From Escherichia phage vB_EcoM_G2540, in the sequence record MK327936.1: a stretch of DNA of 64,000 bases; one strand, 5' to 3'. The notes under the pieces are model-generated. The model worked only from the letters and a program-made list of their open reading frames with translations, was not told the DNA's origin and made no database searches. Shown piece after piece: positions 48,852-64,000 of this stretch. The first letter of the stretch is position 1. Each line of letters begins with the position of its first letter. The translations under genes were made by a program, and so were the position numbers.

Positions 48852-51800
48852 CAGTAAAAGCACCTTCAGTCACTAGTCTCAGAATTTCCAAGTTATCCGC
48901 AAATCAGGTGCAAGTACGCTGGGATGACGTTGGTGCTAATTTCTACTATTTTGTAGAAATCGCTGAGACAAAAACAGACTCGGGGGAAAATCTCCCGAGT
49001 AATCAATACCGATGGATTAATTTAGGATATACAGCAAATAATAGTTTCTTTTTTGATGATGCTGATCCACTAACATCATACATCATTAGAGTAGCTACGG
49101 CGGCGCAAGATTTTGAGCAATCTGATTGGGTTTATACAGAAGAGTTTGAAACTTTTGCTACGAATGCTTATACATTTCAAAACATGATTGAAATGCAATT
49201 AGCCAATAAATTCATTCAGGAAAAATTTACTCTTAATAATTCTGATTATGTTAATTTTAATAATGATACTATAATGGCTGCATTGATGAATGAATCGTTC
49301 CAATTCAGCCCATCATATGTTGATGTTTCATCAATCAGTAATTTTATTATTGGTGAAAATGAATATCATGAAATACAAGGTTCCATTCAGCAAGTATGTA
49401 AGGATATTAACCGAGTTTATTTGATGGAATCAGAAGGGATTCTATATCTTTTTGAGCGCTATCAACCCGTAGTTAAAGTATCTAATGATAAAGGACAAAC
49501 CTGGAAAGCTGTAAAGCTCTTCAATGACCGTGTAGGATATCCTTTATCTAAGACAGTATATTACCAATCTGCAAACACGACATACGTTCTAGGATACGAC
49601 AAGATTTTCTACGGCCGCAAATCTACTGATGTTAGATGGTCAGCTGATGATGTCAGATTTAGTTCACAGGATATAACATTTGCTAAACTTGGTGACCAAT
49701 TGCATCTAGGATTTGATGTAGAAATTTTTGCCACTTATGCGACTTTACCAGCTAATGTATACCGCATTGCAGAAGCTATTACTTGCACCGATGATTACAT
49801 TTACGTTGTCGCCAGAGACAAAGTTAGATACATAAAAACGAGTAATGCACCTATAGATTCTGATCCATTATCTCCGACATATTCGGAAAGACTTTTTGAA
49901 CCTGATACAATGACTATAACTGGAAATCCTAAAGCAGTATGCTATAAAATGGATTCTATCGGTGATAAAGTTTTTGCTCTTATTATTGGAGAAGTTGAAA
50001 CATTAAATGCCAATCCGAGAACATCAAAAATAATTGATTCTGTTGATAAAGGAATATATGTTTTAAATCATGATGAAAAAACATGGAAAAGAGTTTTCGG
50101 TAATACCGAAGAAGAAAGAAGACGTATTCAACCCGGATATGCGAATATGTCAACTGACGGTAAATTAGTTTCTCTGTCTTCGAGTAATTTTAAATTTTTA
50201 AGTGATAATGTTGTTAATGACCCTGAAACTGCAGCAAAATATCAGTTAATTGGCGCTGTTAAATATGAATTTCCTCGTGAATGGTTAGCTGATAAGCATT
50301 ATCATATGATGGCATTTATAGCGGATGAAACATCTGATTGGGAGACTTTTACTCCTCAACCAATGAAATACTACGCAGAACCGTTCTTTAACTGGTCTAA
50401 AAAATCTAACACACGTTGTTGGATAAACAACTCTGATAGAGCTGTAGTAGTTTATGCTGATTTAAAATACACTAAAGTTATAGAAAATATTCCGGAAACA
50501 TCACCAGATAGATTAGTTCATGAATACTGGGATGATGGTGATTGCACTATAGTAATGCCAAATGTTAAATTCACTGGATTTAAAAAATATGCGTCTGGGA
50601 TGCTTTTCTATAAAGCCTCCGGTGAAATAATTTCTTACTATGATTTTAACTATCGTGTGAGAGATACAGTAGAAATTATTTGGAAGCCAACTGAAGTATT
50701 TTTAAAAGCATTTTTACAAAACCAAGAGCACGAGACTCCTTGGTCACCAGAAGAAGAGCGTGGATTAGCTGACCCCGATTTAAGACCATTAATTGGCACA
50801 ATGATGCCTGATTCTTATTTGTTACAGGATTCGAATTTTGAAGCATTTTGCGAAGCATATATTCAATATCTTTCTGACGGATACGGAACTCAGTATAACA
50901 ATTTACGAAATTTAATTCGTAACCAATATCCACGAGAAGAGCATGCATGGGAATATTTGTGGTCAGAGATATATAAAAGAAACATTTATTTAAATGCTGA
51001 TAAACGTGATGCTGTTGCGAGATTCTTTGAATCGCGTAGCTATGATTTTTATTCTACTAAAGGAATTGAAGCATCATACAAGTTTCTTTTTAAAGTTCTT
51101 TATAATGAAGAAGTTGAAATTGAAATTGAATCTGGGGCTGGTACTGAATATGATATAATCGTTCAATCTGATTCTTTGACTGAAGATTTAGTAGGACAAA
51201 CGATTTATACGGCAACAGGAAGATGTAATGTTACTTATATAGAAAGAAGCTATTCTAATGGTAAATTGCAATGGACCGTAACTATTCATAATCTTTTGGG
51301 ACGATTAATTGCTGGTCAAGAAGTTAAAGCAGAAAGACTCCCTAGTTTTGAAGGCGAAATTATTCGTGGCGTTAAAGGAAAGGATTTGCTTCAAAACAAT
51401 ATAGACTATATTAATAGAAGTAGATCATACTATGTAATGAAAATTAAATCCAATTTACCTTCTTCCCGTTGGAAATCTGACGTTATTCGTTTTGTTCATC
51501 CAGTAGGATTTGGATTTATAGCAATTACCCTTTTAACGATGTTTATTAATGTTGGTTTAACTCTTAAACATACAGAGACTATAATTAATAAATACAAAAA
51601 CTATAAATGGGATTCTGGATTGCCTACTGAATATGCTGATAGAGTAGCTAAATTAACTCCAACCGGTGAAATTGAACATGATTCAGTAACAGGCGAAGCA
51701 ATTTATGAGCCTGGCCCAATGGCTGGTGTAGAATATCCTCTTCCTGATGACTATAATGCTGAAAATAATAATTCAATATTTCAAGGTCAATTGCCGTCTG

Positions 51801-51946
51801 AACGACGTAAATTAATGAGTCCTTTATTTGATGCATCTGGAACAACATTTGCGCAATTTAGAGATTTAGTTAATAAACGTCTAAAAGATAATATAGGAAA
51901 TCCAAGAGACCCTGAAAATCCAACACAGGTTAAAATAGATGAATGA
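48848..51946 (+). CDS. 7: Baseplate wedge initiator gp7
   Basis: 1032 aa, size and order match T4. Confidence 0.9.
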   Translation: MTVKAPSVTSLRISKLSANQVQVRWDDVGANFYYFVEIAETKTDSGENLPSNQYRWINLGYTANNSFFFDDADPLTSYIIRVATAAQDFEQSDWVYTEEFETFATNAYTFQNMIEMQLANKFIQEKFTLNNSDYVNFNNDTIMAALMNESFQFSPSYVDVSSISNFIIGENEYHEIQGSIQQVCKDINRVYLMESEGILYLFERYQPVVKVSNDKGQTWKAVKLFNDRVGYPLSKTVYYQSANTTYVLGYDKIFYGRKSTDVRWSADDVRFSSQDITFAKLGDQLHLGFDVEIFATYATLPANVYRIAEAITCTDDYIYVVARDKVRYIKTSNAPIDSDPLSPTYSERLFEPDTMTITGNPKAVCYKMDSIGDKVFALIIGEVETLNANPRTSKIIDSVDKGIYVLNHDEKTWKRVFGNTEEERRRIQPGYANMSTDGKLVSLSSSNFKFLSDNVVNDPETAAKYQLIGAVKYEFPREWLADKHYHMMAFIADETSDWETFTPQPMKYYAEPFFNWSKKSNTRCWINNSDRAVVVYADLKYTKVIENIPETSPDRLVHEYWDDGDCTIVMPNVKFTGFKKYASGMLFYKASGEIISYYDFNYRVRDTVEIIWKPTEVFLKAFLQNQEHETPWSPEEERGLADPDLRPLIGTMMPDSYLLQDSNFEAFCEAYIQYLSDGYGTQYNNLRNLIRNQYPREEHAWEYLWSEIYKRNIYLNADKRDAVARFFESRSYDFYSTKGIEASYKFLFKVLYNEEVEIEIESGAGTEYDIIVQSDSLTEDLVGQTIYTATGRCNVTYIERSYSNGKLQWTVTIHNLLGRLIAGQEVKAERLPSFEGEIIRGVKGKDLLQNNIDYINRSRSYYVMKIKSNLPSSRWKSDVIRFVHPVGFGFIAITLLTMFINVGLTLKHTETIINKYKNYKWDSGLPTEYADRVAKLTPTGEIEHDSVTGEAIYEPGPMAGVEYPLPDDYNAENNNSIFQGQLPSERRKLMSPLFDASGTTFAQFRDLVNKRLKDNIGNPRDPENPTQVKIDE

Positions 51947-52943
51947 TTCAAGTGTTATCTATCGTGCGATAGTTACTTCAAAATTTAGAACAGAAAAAAT
52001 GTTGAATTTTTATAATTCAATTGGAAGTGGTCCGGATAAAAACACTATCTTTATCACATTTGGAAGATCAGAACCGTGGTCATCAAATGAAAATGAGGTG
52101 GGCTTTGCCCCACCTTATCCAACCGATTCTGTATTAGGCGTAACTGACATGTGGACGCATATGATGGGAACAGTAAAAGTTCTTCCATCAATGCTTGATG
52201 CAGTTATTCCTCGTCGAGATTGGGGAGATACTAGATATCCGGATCCGTATACATTTAGAATTAACGATATTGTAGTGTGTAACTCAGCTCCTTACAATGC
52301 TACTGAATCAGGCGCAGGCTGGTTAGTATATCGTTGTTTAGATGTTCCTGATACTGGAATGTGTTCAATAACATCTTTAACTGATAAGGATGAATGCCTC
52401 AAATTAGGTGGAAAATGGACACCTTCTGTTAGGTCAATGACTCCTCCTGAAGGCCGAGGAGATGCTGAAGGAACAATTGAACCTGGAGACGGATATGTTT
52501 GGGAATATCTATTTGAGATTCCGCCTGATGTATCTATAAATAGATGCACAAATGAATATATCGTGGTTCCTTGGCCTGAGGAATTAAAAGAAGACCCGAC
52601 TAGATGGGGGTATGAAGATAATCTCACTTGGCAGCAAGATGATTTTGGATTGATTTACCGAGTTAAGGCAAATACTATCCGTTTTAAAGCATATTTAGAT
52701 TCAGTTTATTTTCCTGAAGCTGCATTGCCAGGAAATAAAGGATTTAGACAAATATCAATAATCACGAATCCTCTTGAAGCTAAAGTTCATCCAAATGACC
52801 CAAACGTTAAAGCTGAAAAGGATTATTATGACCCAGAAGATTTAATGAGGCATTCGGGCGAAATGATTTATATGGAAAATAGGCCACCTATTATTATGGC
52901 AATGGATCAAACAGAAGAAATCAATATTCTGTTTACATTTTAA
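51939..52943 (+). CDS. 8: Baseplate wedge protein gp8
   Basis: 334 aa, size and order match T4. Confidence 0.9.
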   Translation: MNDSSVIYRAIVTSKFRTEKMLNFYNSIGSGPDKNTIFITFGRSEPWSSNENEVGFAPPYPTDSVLGVTDMWTHMMGTVKVLPSMLDAVIPRRDWGDTRYPDPYTFRINDIVVCNSAPYNATESGAGWLVYRCLDVPDTGMCSITSLTDKDECLKLGGKWTPSVRSMTPPEGRGDAEGTIEPGDGYVWEYLFEIPPDVSINRCTNEYIVVPWPEELKEDPTRWGYEDNLTWQQDDFGLIYRVKANTIRFKAYLDSVYFPEAALPGNKGFRQISIITNPLEAKVHPNDPNVKAEKDYYDPEDLMRHSGEMIYMENRPPIIMAMDQTEEINILFTF

Positions 52944-52948
52944 ATTAA

Positions 52949-52972
52949 GGGAGCCCATGGGCTCCCTTTTTC
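52949..52972 (+). terminator. Rho-independent terminator after gene 8
   Basis: Perfect palindrome GGGAGCCCATGGGCTCCC followed by TTTTTC. Confidence 0.75.
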
Positions 52973-52974
52973 TT

Positions 52975-52982
52975 TATAAATA
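52975..52982 (+). promoter_or_regulatory. Late promoter (TATAAATA) for gene 9
   Basis: Exact TATAAATA 25 nt before ATG 53007. Confidence 0.6.
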
Positions 52983-53006
52983 TTATAAACTCATAAGGAA
53001 ACCGCT

Positions 53007-53873
53007 ATGTTCATTCAAGAACCAAAGAAATTGATTGATACCGGCGAAATTGGTAACGCTTCTACTGGTGATATCTTATTCGACGGTGGTAATAAAATTA
53101 ATAGTGATTTTAACGCAATTTATAATGCGTTTGGCGATCAGCGTAAAATGGCAGTAGCAAATGGCACTGGAGCTGATGGTCAAATTATCCATGCTACTGG
53201 ATATTATCAAAAACACTCTATTGCTGAGTATGCAACTCCAGTAAAAGTTGGCACTAGACATGATATTGATACCTCTACTGTAGGTGTTAAAGTTATCATT
53301 GAAAGAGGAGAACTTGGCGATTGTGTTGAATTCATTAACTCTAATGGATCAATATCAGTTACTAATCCTTTAACGATTCAGGCTATTGATTCAATTAAAG
53401 GTGTTTCAGGTAATTTGGTAGTAACTACTCCATATAGTAAAGTTACTTTACGCTGTATTTCATCTGATAATTCTACATCGGTTTGGAATTATTCTATTGA
53501 AAGCATGTTTGGTCAAAAGGAATCACCGGTTGAAGGTACGTGGAATATTTCTACATCTGGATCAGTTGACATTCCATTGTTTCATCGCACTGAATATAAC
53601 ATGGCTAAATTGTTAGTTACATGCCAGTCAGCAGATGGAAGAAAAATTAAAACAGCAGAAATAAATATTCTTGTGGATATTGTTAATTCAGAGGTCATTT
53701 CTTCTGAATATGCTGTCATGCGAGTTGGGAATGAAACCGAAGAAGACGAAATCGCTAATATTGCATTTAGTATTAAAGAAAATTATGTAACGGCGACTAT
53801 AAGTTCTTCAACTGTCGGTATGAGAGCAGCAGTTAAAGTTATCGCTACGCAGAAAATCGGGGTGGCTCAATAA
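53007..53873 (+). CDS. 9: Baseplate wedge / long tail fibre socket gp9
   Basis: 288 aa; late promoter TATAAATA at 52975. Confidence 0.9.
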   Translation: MFIQEPKKLIDTGEIGNASTGDILFDGGNKINSDFNAIYNAFGDQRKMAVANGTGADGQIIHATGYYQKHSIAEYATPVKVGTRHDIDTSTVGVKVIIERGELGDCVEFINSNGSISVTNPLTIQAIDSIKGVSGNLVVTTPYSKVTLRCISSDNSTSVWNYSIESMFGQKESPVEGTWNISTSGSVDIPLFHRTEYNMAKLLVTCQSADGRKIKTAEINILVDIVNSEVISSEYAVMRVGNETEEDEIANIAFSIKENYVTATISSSTVGMRAAVKVIATQKIGVAQ

Positions 53874-55678
53874 TGAAACAAAATATTAATATCGGTAATG
53901 TTGTAGATGATGGTACCGGTGACTACCTGCGTAAAGGTGGTATAAAAATAAATGAAAACTTTGATGAGCTTTATTACGAGCTTGGTGACGGTGATGTTCC
54001 ATATTCAGCTGGTGCCTGGAAAACTTATAATGCTTCATCAGGACAAACATTAACAGCAGAATGGGGAAAATCATATGCCATTAACACTTCATCTGGAAGA
54101 GTAACCCTACAACTTCCTAAAGGAACCGTTAATGATTATAATAAAGTAATTAAAGCTAGGGATGTATTTGCAACATGGAATGTTAATCCAGTTACTCTAG
54201 TAGCCGCTTCTGGTGATACTATTAAAGGATCATCGTCATCAGTTGAAATTAATGTTCAATTTAGCGATTTAGAATTAGTTTATTGTGCTCCAGGACGTTG
54301 GGAATATGTCAAAAACAAACAAATTGACAAAATTATTAGTTCAGATATTAGTAATGTAGCACGTAAAGAATTTTTAGTCGAAGTTCAAGGACAAACAGAC
54401 TTTTTAGATGTTTTCCGTGGAACTAGCTATAATGTTAATAACATCCGAGTAAAACACCGCGGTAATGAATTATATTATGGCGATGTATTTAGTGAAAACA
54501 GTGACTTTGGCTCTCCTGGGGAAAATGAAGGAGAATTGATTCCTCTTGATGGATTTAATATTAGGTTAAGACAGCCTTGTAATATTGGTGACACTGTTCA
54601 AATTGAAACATTTATGGATGGTGTATCACAATGGAGAAGTTCATATACAAGACGCCAAATAAAAGTATTAGATTCAAAATTAACGTCAAAAACTTCTTTA
54701 GAAGGAAGTATTTACGTTACTGATTTATCAACAATGAAATCAATTCCATTCTCTGCATTTGGATTAATTCCTGGAGAACCTATTAATCCTAATTCTCTTG
54801 AAGTTCGTTTTAATGGAATTTTACAACAACAAGCTGGAACAGCCGGATATCCTCTGTTTTTGTGTGAAGGTGCTAATTCAGATACGCAAGCAGGATGTAT
54901 ATCTCTTGGTGGTGAATGGAAAGAATCGAATACAGATTATTCTATAGAATATGAAGATGGAAAACCTGTCAGTCTTTTATTTGATAGAAAATTTGAATCT
55001 GGCGATATAATCGTTATAACATGGTTCAATAATGATTTAGGAACTCTTTTAGAAAAAGATGACATTATTGAATTAACTGATGACCGTTATGTTAGTAAAG
55101 GATCATCTACTGAAGTTACTGGTGATGTAGCCTTAACAGATTTTGATAAAATCGGTTGGCCAAATGTTGAAAAAGTTGATTCTTATACTAGAACGTATAA
55201 TTCAATATCATCTATTTTCGACAGCATTTATCCTGTTGGTTCAATTTATGAAAATGCTATAAATCCAAATAATCCAGTGACTTATATGGGATTTGGTTCA
55301 TGGAAATTATTTGGTAAAGGGCAGGTTTTAGTAGGATGGAATGATGATGTTACAGATCCAAACTTTGCATTAAACAATAATGATTTAGATTCTAGCGGAA
55401 ATCCTTCACATACCGCCGGTGGAACAGTTGGTACAACATCAGTAACGCTTGAAAACGCAAATCTTCCTGCGACTAAAACTGATGAAAGAGTTTTAATTGA
55501 AGACGAAAATGGATCAGTTATTATTGGAGGATGTCAATATGACCCAGACGAAACTGGTCCTATATATACAAAATATCGTGAAGACTACGCAACAACAAAC
55601 TCTTCACATACTCCTCCTACTAATATTAGTAATATTCAACCGTCTATTACTGTATACCGTTGGATAAGGATTGCATAA
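53873..55678 (+). CDS. 10: Baseplate wedge / short tail fibre attachment gp10
   Basis: 601 aa; size and order match T4. Confidence 0.9.
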   Translation: MKQNINIGNVVDDGTGDYLRKGGIKINENFDELYYELGDGDVPYSAGAWKTYNASSGQTLTAEWGKSYAINTSSGRVTLQLPKGTVNDYNKVIKARDVFATWNVNPVTLVAASGDTIKGSSSSVEINVQFSDLELVYCAPGRWEYVKNKQIDKIISSDISNVARKEFLVEVQGQTDFLDVFRGTSYNVNNIRVKHRGNELYYGDVFSENSDFGSPGENEGELIPLDGFNIRLRQPCNIGDTVQIETFMDGVSQWRSSYTRRQIKVLDSKLTSKTSLEGSIYVTDLSTMKSIPFSAFGLIPGEPINPNSLEVRFNGILQQQAGTAGYPLFLCEGANSDTQAGCISLGGEWKESNTDYSIEYEDGKPVSLLFDRKFESGDIIVITWFNNDLGTLLEKDDIIELTDDRYVSKGSSTEVTGDVALTDFDKIGWPNVEKVDSYTRTYNSISSIFDSIYPVGSIYENAINPNNPVTYMGFGSWKLFGKGQVLVGWNDDVTDPNFALNNNDLDSSGNPSHTAGGTVGTTSVTLENANLPATKTDERVLIEDENGSVIIGGCQYDPDETGPIYTKYREDYATTNSSHTPPTNISNIQPSITVYRWIRIA

Positions 55679-56392
55679 TGAGTTTACTTAATAATAAAGC
55701 GGGAGTTATTTCCCGCTTAGCAGATTTTCTTGGTTTTAGAACTAAGAAAAATGATATTTCGGTTATGAATAATCAGCCGGTAGGCGCTGTAACAATTTCA
55801 CAAATAGCAAAAGGTTTTTATGACCCAAATGTAGAATCTGCTATCAATGATGTTAGAAATATGGCAGAGCAACAGGTTGGAGCTGTATTAATTTGCTATC
55901 AATGATGTTAGAAATATGGCAGAGCAACAGGTTGGAGCTGTATTAATTAATATAAGCGGCGTATCTCCTACTGGAGTGCAACAAACAGACTATTGGTCAT
56001 TTGAAGGAACTGTTACTGATACTTCAGCCAAACCAGGTGACCCAGTTATTGTTAACATGTTTGGTATTCCAGTTAAAGCTACTAACGGAATGACTTCAAT
56101 TGAATTTACCAGTGCCGTTAGAATAGCTCTACAGGAAATGGTTGCAAAATTTATTGCAATTGATTCATTTGAAGACCATCCTACTATAGGGAATAAAATA
56201 CAAGTTAAGTATTTAGATAACCAAGAACATATCTTAGAGCAATACTCTGATAAAGGAATTACTTTCAAACAAGAAATAATTTCTCCTTCTAAACCTGGAT
56301 ATGGAACTTGGCAATTATTAGGTGCGCAAACTGTCACGTTAGATAGTCACACACAACCTACAGTATTTTATTATTTTGAGAGAATAGCATGA
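55678..56392 (+). pseudogene. 11: Baseplate gene 11 interrupted by a 55-bp tandem duplication (N-fragment 55678..55905, C-fragment ORF 55916..56392)
   Basis: [20 protein letters not shown] start overlapping gene 10 stop; frame breaks after the duplicated segment; removing one copy gives a continuous ORF of about 219 aa. Confidence 0.75.
55839..55948. repeat. Perfect direct tandem duplication, 2 x 55 bp
   Basis: 55839..55893 identical to 55894..55948 by direct comparison; flanking bases differ. Confidence 0.9.
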
Positions 56393-57939
56393 GTAATAAT
56401 ACATATCAGCACGTATCAAATGAATCAAAATATGTTAAATTCGATCCAGTGGGATCGAATTTTCCTGACACTGTTACGACGGTGCAGTCTGCATTATCAA
56501 AAATAAGTAATATCGGCGTAAATGGTATTCCTGATGCAACTATGGAAGTTAAAGGAATAGCAATGATTGCATCAGAGCAAGAGGTTTTAGATGGAACAAA
56601 TAATTCTAAAATCGTTACACCAGCTACATTAGCAACAAGATTATTGTATCCAAATGCTACTGAAACTAAATATGGTTTAACGCGCTATTCAACAAATGAA
56701 GAAATATTAGAAGGCTCAGATAATAATTCATCAATAACACCGCAAAAACTGAAATACCATACTGATGATGTGTTCCAAAATAGATATTCGTCTGAGTCAT
56801 CAAACGGGGTTATTAAAATATCATCTACGCCTGCAGCTTTGGCTGGTGTCGATGATACTACGGCGATGACTCCGCTGAAAACCCAAAAACTTGCAATAAA
56901 ATTAATTTCACAAATAGCTCCTTCAGAAGACACTGCAACAGAATCTGTGAGAGGAGTAGTTCAATTATCTACTGTTGCACAAACTCGTCAAGGAACTCTC
57001 CGCGAAGGATATGCAATTTCCCCGTATACCTTTATGAATTCTGTTGCAACACAAGAATATAAGGGTGTTATACGTCTAGGAACACAAGCAGAAATTAATA
57101 ATAATTTGGGGGATGTTGCAGTAACAGGTGAAACACTAAATGGTCGAGGAGCTACCGGTTCTATGCGTGGGGTAGTAAAATTAACGACGCAAGCTGGTAT
57201 TGCTCCTGAAGGTGATAGCTCTGGGGCATTAGCCTGGAACGCAGATGTAATTAATACTCGTGGTGGACAAACTATTAATGGTTCTTTAAATTTAGATCAT
57301 CTCACAGCAAATGGAATTTGGTCGCGCGGCGGAATGTGGAAAAATGGCGATCAACCTGTTGCCACTGAAAGATATGCGTCCGAAAGGGTTCCGGTTGGAA
57401 CTATTATGATGTTTGCGGGTGATTCAGCACCTCCAGGTTGGATTATGTGTCATGGTGGAACTGTGTCAGGAGATCAATATCCTGATTATAGAAACACAGT
57501 TGGAACAAGATTTGGTGGGGATTGGAATAATCCAGGGATTCCTGATATGCGAGGTCTTTTCGTCAGAGGAGCGGGCACAGGTGGTCATATTTTAAATCAA
57601 CGAGGACAAGATGGTTATGGGAAGGATAGACTTGGTGTAGGATGTGATGGAATGCATGTTGGTGGTGTTCAAGCGCAACAAATGTCATACCATAAACACG
57701 CTGGTGGTTGGGGAGAATATAACAGAAGTGAAGGTCCATTTGGCGCGTCTGTTTATCAAGGATATCTTGGAACTAGAAAATATGCCGACTGGGATAACGC
57801 TTCATACTTCACCAATGATGGATTTGAATTAGGTGGACCGAGAGATGCCCTTGGTACACTTAATCGTGAAGGATTAATTGGTTATGAAACTAGACCATGG
57901 AATATATCATTAAACTATATTATTAAAATTCATTACTAA
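56389..57939 (+). CDS. 12: Short tail fibre gp12
   Basis: 516 aa; order after gene 11. Confidence 0.9.
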   Translation: MSNNTYQHVSNESKYVKFDPVGSNFPDTVTTVQSALSKISNIGVNGIPDATMEVKGIAMIASEQEVLDGTNNSKIVTPATLATRLLYPNATETKYGLTRYSTNEEILEGSDNNSSITPQKLKYHTDDVFQNRYSSESSNGVIKISSTPAALAGVDDTTAMTPLKTQKLAIKLISQIAPSEDTATESVRGVVQLSTVAQTRQGTLREGYAISPYTFMNSVATQEYKGVIRLGTQAEINNNLGDVAVTGETLNGRGATGSMRGVVKLTTQAGIAPEGDSSGALAWNADVINTRGGQTINGSLNLDHLTANGIWSRGGMWKNGDQPVATERYASERVPVGTIMMFAGDSAPPGWIMCHGGTVSGDQYPDYRNTVGTRFGGDWNNPGIPDMRGLFVRGAGTGGHILNQRGQDGYGKDRLGVGCDGMHVGGVQAQQMSYHKHAGGWGEYNRSEGPFGASVYQGYLGTRKYADWDNASYFTNDGFELGGPRDALGTLNREGLIGYETRPWNISLNYIIKIHY

Positions 57940-57948
57940 GGATTACAA

Positions 57949-59406
57949 ATGATTGAATTAAAAGATTTACCTTTTGTTGATAGCGTTCCTGGCGAAGGTC
58001 AGGAACGTATTTCATGGATTAAAAATGGTGAAGAAATACTAGGAGCTAGTACTAAGTATGGAAACGATGGATCAATGAATAGACCAACTGTTTCCGTGTT
58101 TAAAAATGTCGAAGTTCTTGATGAAAATGTGGGAATTCTTAAAACTGCCGTTGAAACATCGCAGGAAGATATTAAAACAATTCAAGGCATTTTAGATGTA
58201 TCAGGAGATATAGAAGCACTATCGCAGATCAGCGTTAATAAAAATGATATATCAAATTTAAAGACACTCACAAATGAACACACTGATATATTAAATGGTA
58301 CAAATACCACAGTTGACCGCATTCTTTCTGATATAGGTCCATTTAATGAGCAAGCAAATTCAGTTTATAGAACGATTAGAAATGATTTGCTGTGGATTAA
58401 AAGGGAATTAGGGCAATATGCTGGGCAAGATATTAATGGTCTTCCTGTTGTAGGAAATAACAGCACGGGAATGAAGCACCGCATCATTAATAATACAGAT
58501 GCTATAACTTCCCAAGGAATACGTCTAAGTGATTTGGAAGAAAAATTTATTGAATCTGATGTAGGTTCGCTTACAATCGAAGTAGGAAATCTTAGACAGG
58601 AATTAGGACAAAGACCATCTTCATTTAGTGAAAGCATATATTCACGTGTGCATAATTTAGATCAAGCACAAATTGATCTAAATTCTGAAATTAAATTTAT
58701 AAAAACTTCTATTGGATATCCAGGAAATACTTCTATAATCACAGATGTCAATGTCAATAGTCAAGAAATTTCAGCTTTAAATGATGAACTAAATAAAAGC
58801 GGAGGTGTTAAACAACGATTAACTATTATCGAAACATCGATTGGTTCAGATGATATTCCTTCTAGTATTAAAGGTCGAATTAAAGATAATACTACTTCTA
58901 TTGAATCTTTAAATGGAATTGTAGGTGAAAACACCTCGTCTGGTTTAAGAGCCAATGTTTCATGGTTAAACCAAATTGTTGGAACTGATTCTAGCGGTGG
59001 ACAACCTTCTCCTCCTGGGTCTCTTTTAAATAGAATTTCAACAGTTGAAACTTCCGTTAATAGATTGAACAATGATGTTCAAAACTTACAAGTTGAAATT
59101 GGTAATAACAATTCCGGAATTAAAGGACAAGTTGTAGCATTAAATAAATTAGTAAATGGAACAAATCCAAATGGTTCAACTGTCGAAGAACGCGGATTGA
59201 CTAATTCAATAAAAGCTAATGAGACTAACATTGCTTCAATTAATCAAGAGATTCGTAGCATTAAAAGCGATGTATCTTCATTACAAAGGGATGTCCAGAC
59301 TTTACAGGAAGCCGGTTATATTCCTGAAGCTCCAAGAGATGGGCAAGCTTACGTTCGTAAAGACGGCGAATGGGTATTGCTTTCTACCTTTTTATCACCA
59401 GCATAA
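57949..59406 (+). CDS. wac: Fibritin (whisker antigen control)
   Basis: 485 aa; segmented coiled coil; C-terminal foldon [27 protein letters not shown]. Confidence 0.95.
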   Translation: MIELKDLPFVDSVPGEGQERISWIKNGEEILGASTKYGNDGSMNRPTVSVFKNVEVLDENVGILKTAVETSQEDIKTIQGILDVSGDIEALSQISVNKNDISNLKTLTNEHTDILNGTNTTVDRILSDIGPFNEQANSVYRTIRNDLLWIKRELGQYAGQDINGLPVVGNNSTGMKHRIINNTDAITSQGIRLSDLEEKFIESDVGSLTIEVGNLRQELGQRPSSFSESIYSRVHNLDQAQIDLNSEIKFIKTSIGYPGNTSIITDVNVNSQEISALNDELNKSGGVKQRLTIIETSIGSDDIPSSIKGRIKDNTTSIESLNGIVGENTSSGLRANVSWLNQIVGTDSSGGQPSPPGSLLNRISTVETSVNRLNNDVQNLQVEIGNNNSGIKGQVVALNKLVNGTNPNGSTVEERGLTNSIKANETNIASINQEIRSIKSDVSSLQRDVQTLQEAGYIPEAPRDGQAYVRKDGEWVLLSTFLSPA

Positions 59407-59409
59407 CAT

Positions 59410-59425
59410 GGGGCCGCAAGGCCCC
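59410..59425 (+). terminator. Hairpin after wac (GGGGCC-GCAA-GGCCCC)
   Basis: Perfect 6-bp GC stem with tetraloop; no immediate T-run. Confidence 0.4.
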
Positions 59426-59437
59426 AAAGGATTTTAA

Positions 59438-61140
<1,703 letters not shown>

Positions 61141-61181
61141 TAAATATTATAAACTAATTAAAGCCCAGATTAGGAGAAATC

Positions 61182-64000
<2,819 letters not shown>

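Overview
This window is a T4-like (T-even, Tequatrovirus-type) phage genome segment, colinear with T4 from gene 45 to gene 17. Positions 1-43,700 carry early/middle genes, almost all on the minus strand: 45, rpbA, 46, 47, a-gt, 55, nrdH/G/D, 49, nrdC, a roughly 10 kb accessory block of unknown ORFs, rI, tk, regB, denV, e, nudE, the tRNA cluster with segB, ipI, 57B/57A, and late genes 1, 3, 2, 4. Positions 43,700-64,000 carry plus-strand late structural genes: baseplate 53, 5, 5.1, 5.4, 6-12, wac, neck/terminase 13-17. Gene calls rest on recalled T4 protein sequences, gene order and sizes; no database search was possible. The most notable observation is a perfect 55-bp tandem duplication that frameshifts baseplate gene 11. 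Others are two free-standing homing-endonuclease-like genes absent from the T4 arrangement as I recall it, an intronless nrdD, an internal-protein gene flanked by identical 30-bp terminator repeats, a tandem array of four uncharacterised proteins with coiled-coil C-termini, and a set of anti-defence candidates (57B/Acb1, IPI, a macro-domain protein). I recognise no single new multi-gene system with confidence; the accessory block at 16.3-25.9 kb is the best place to look.
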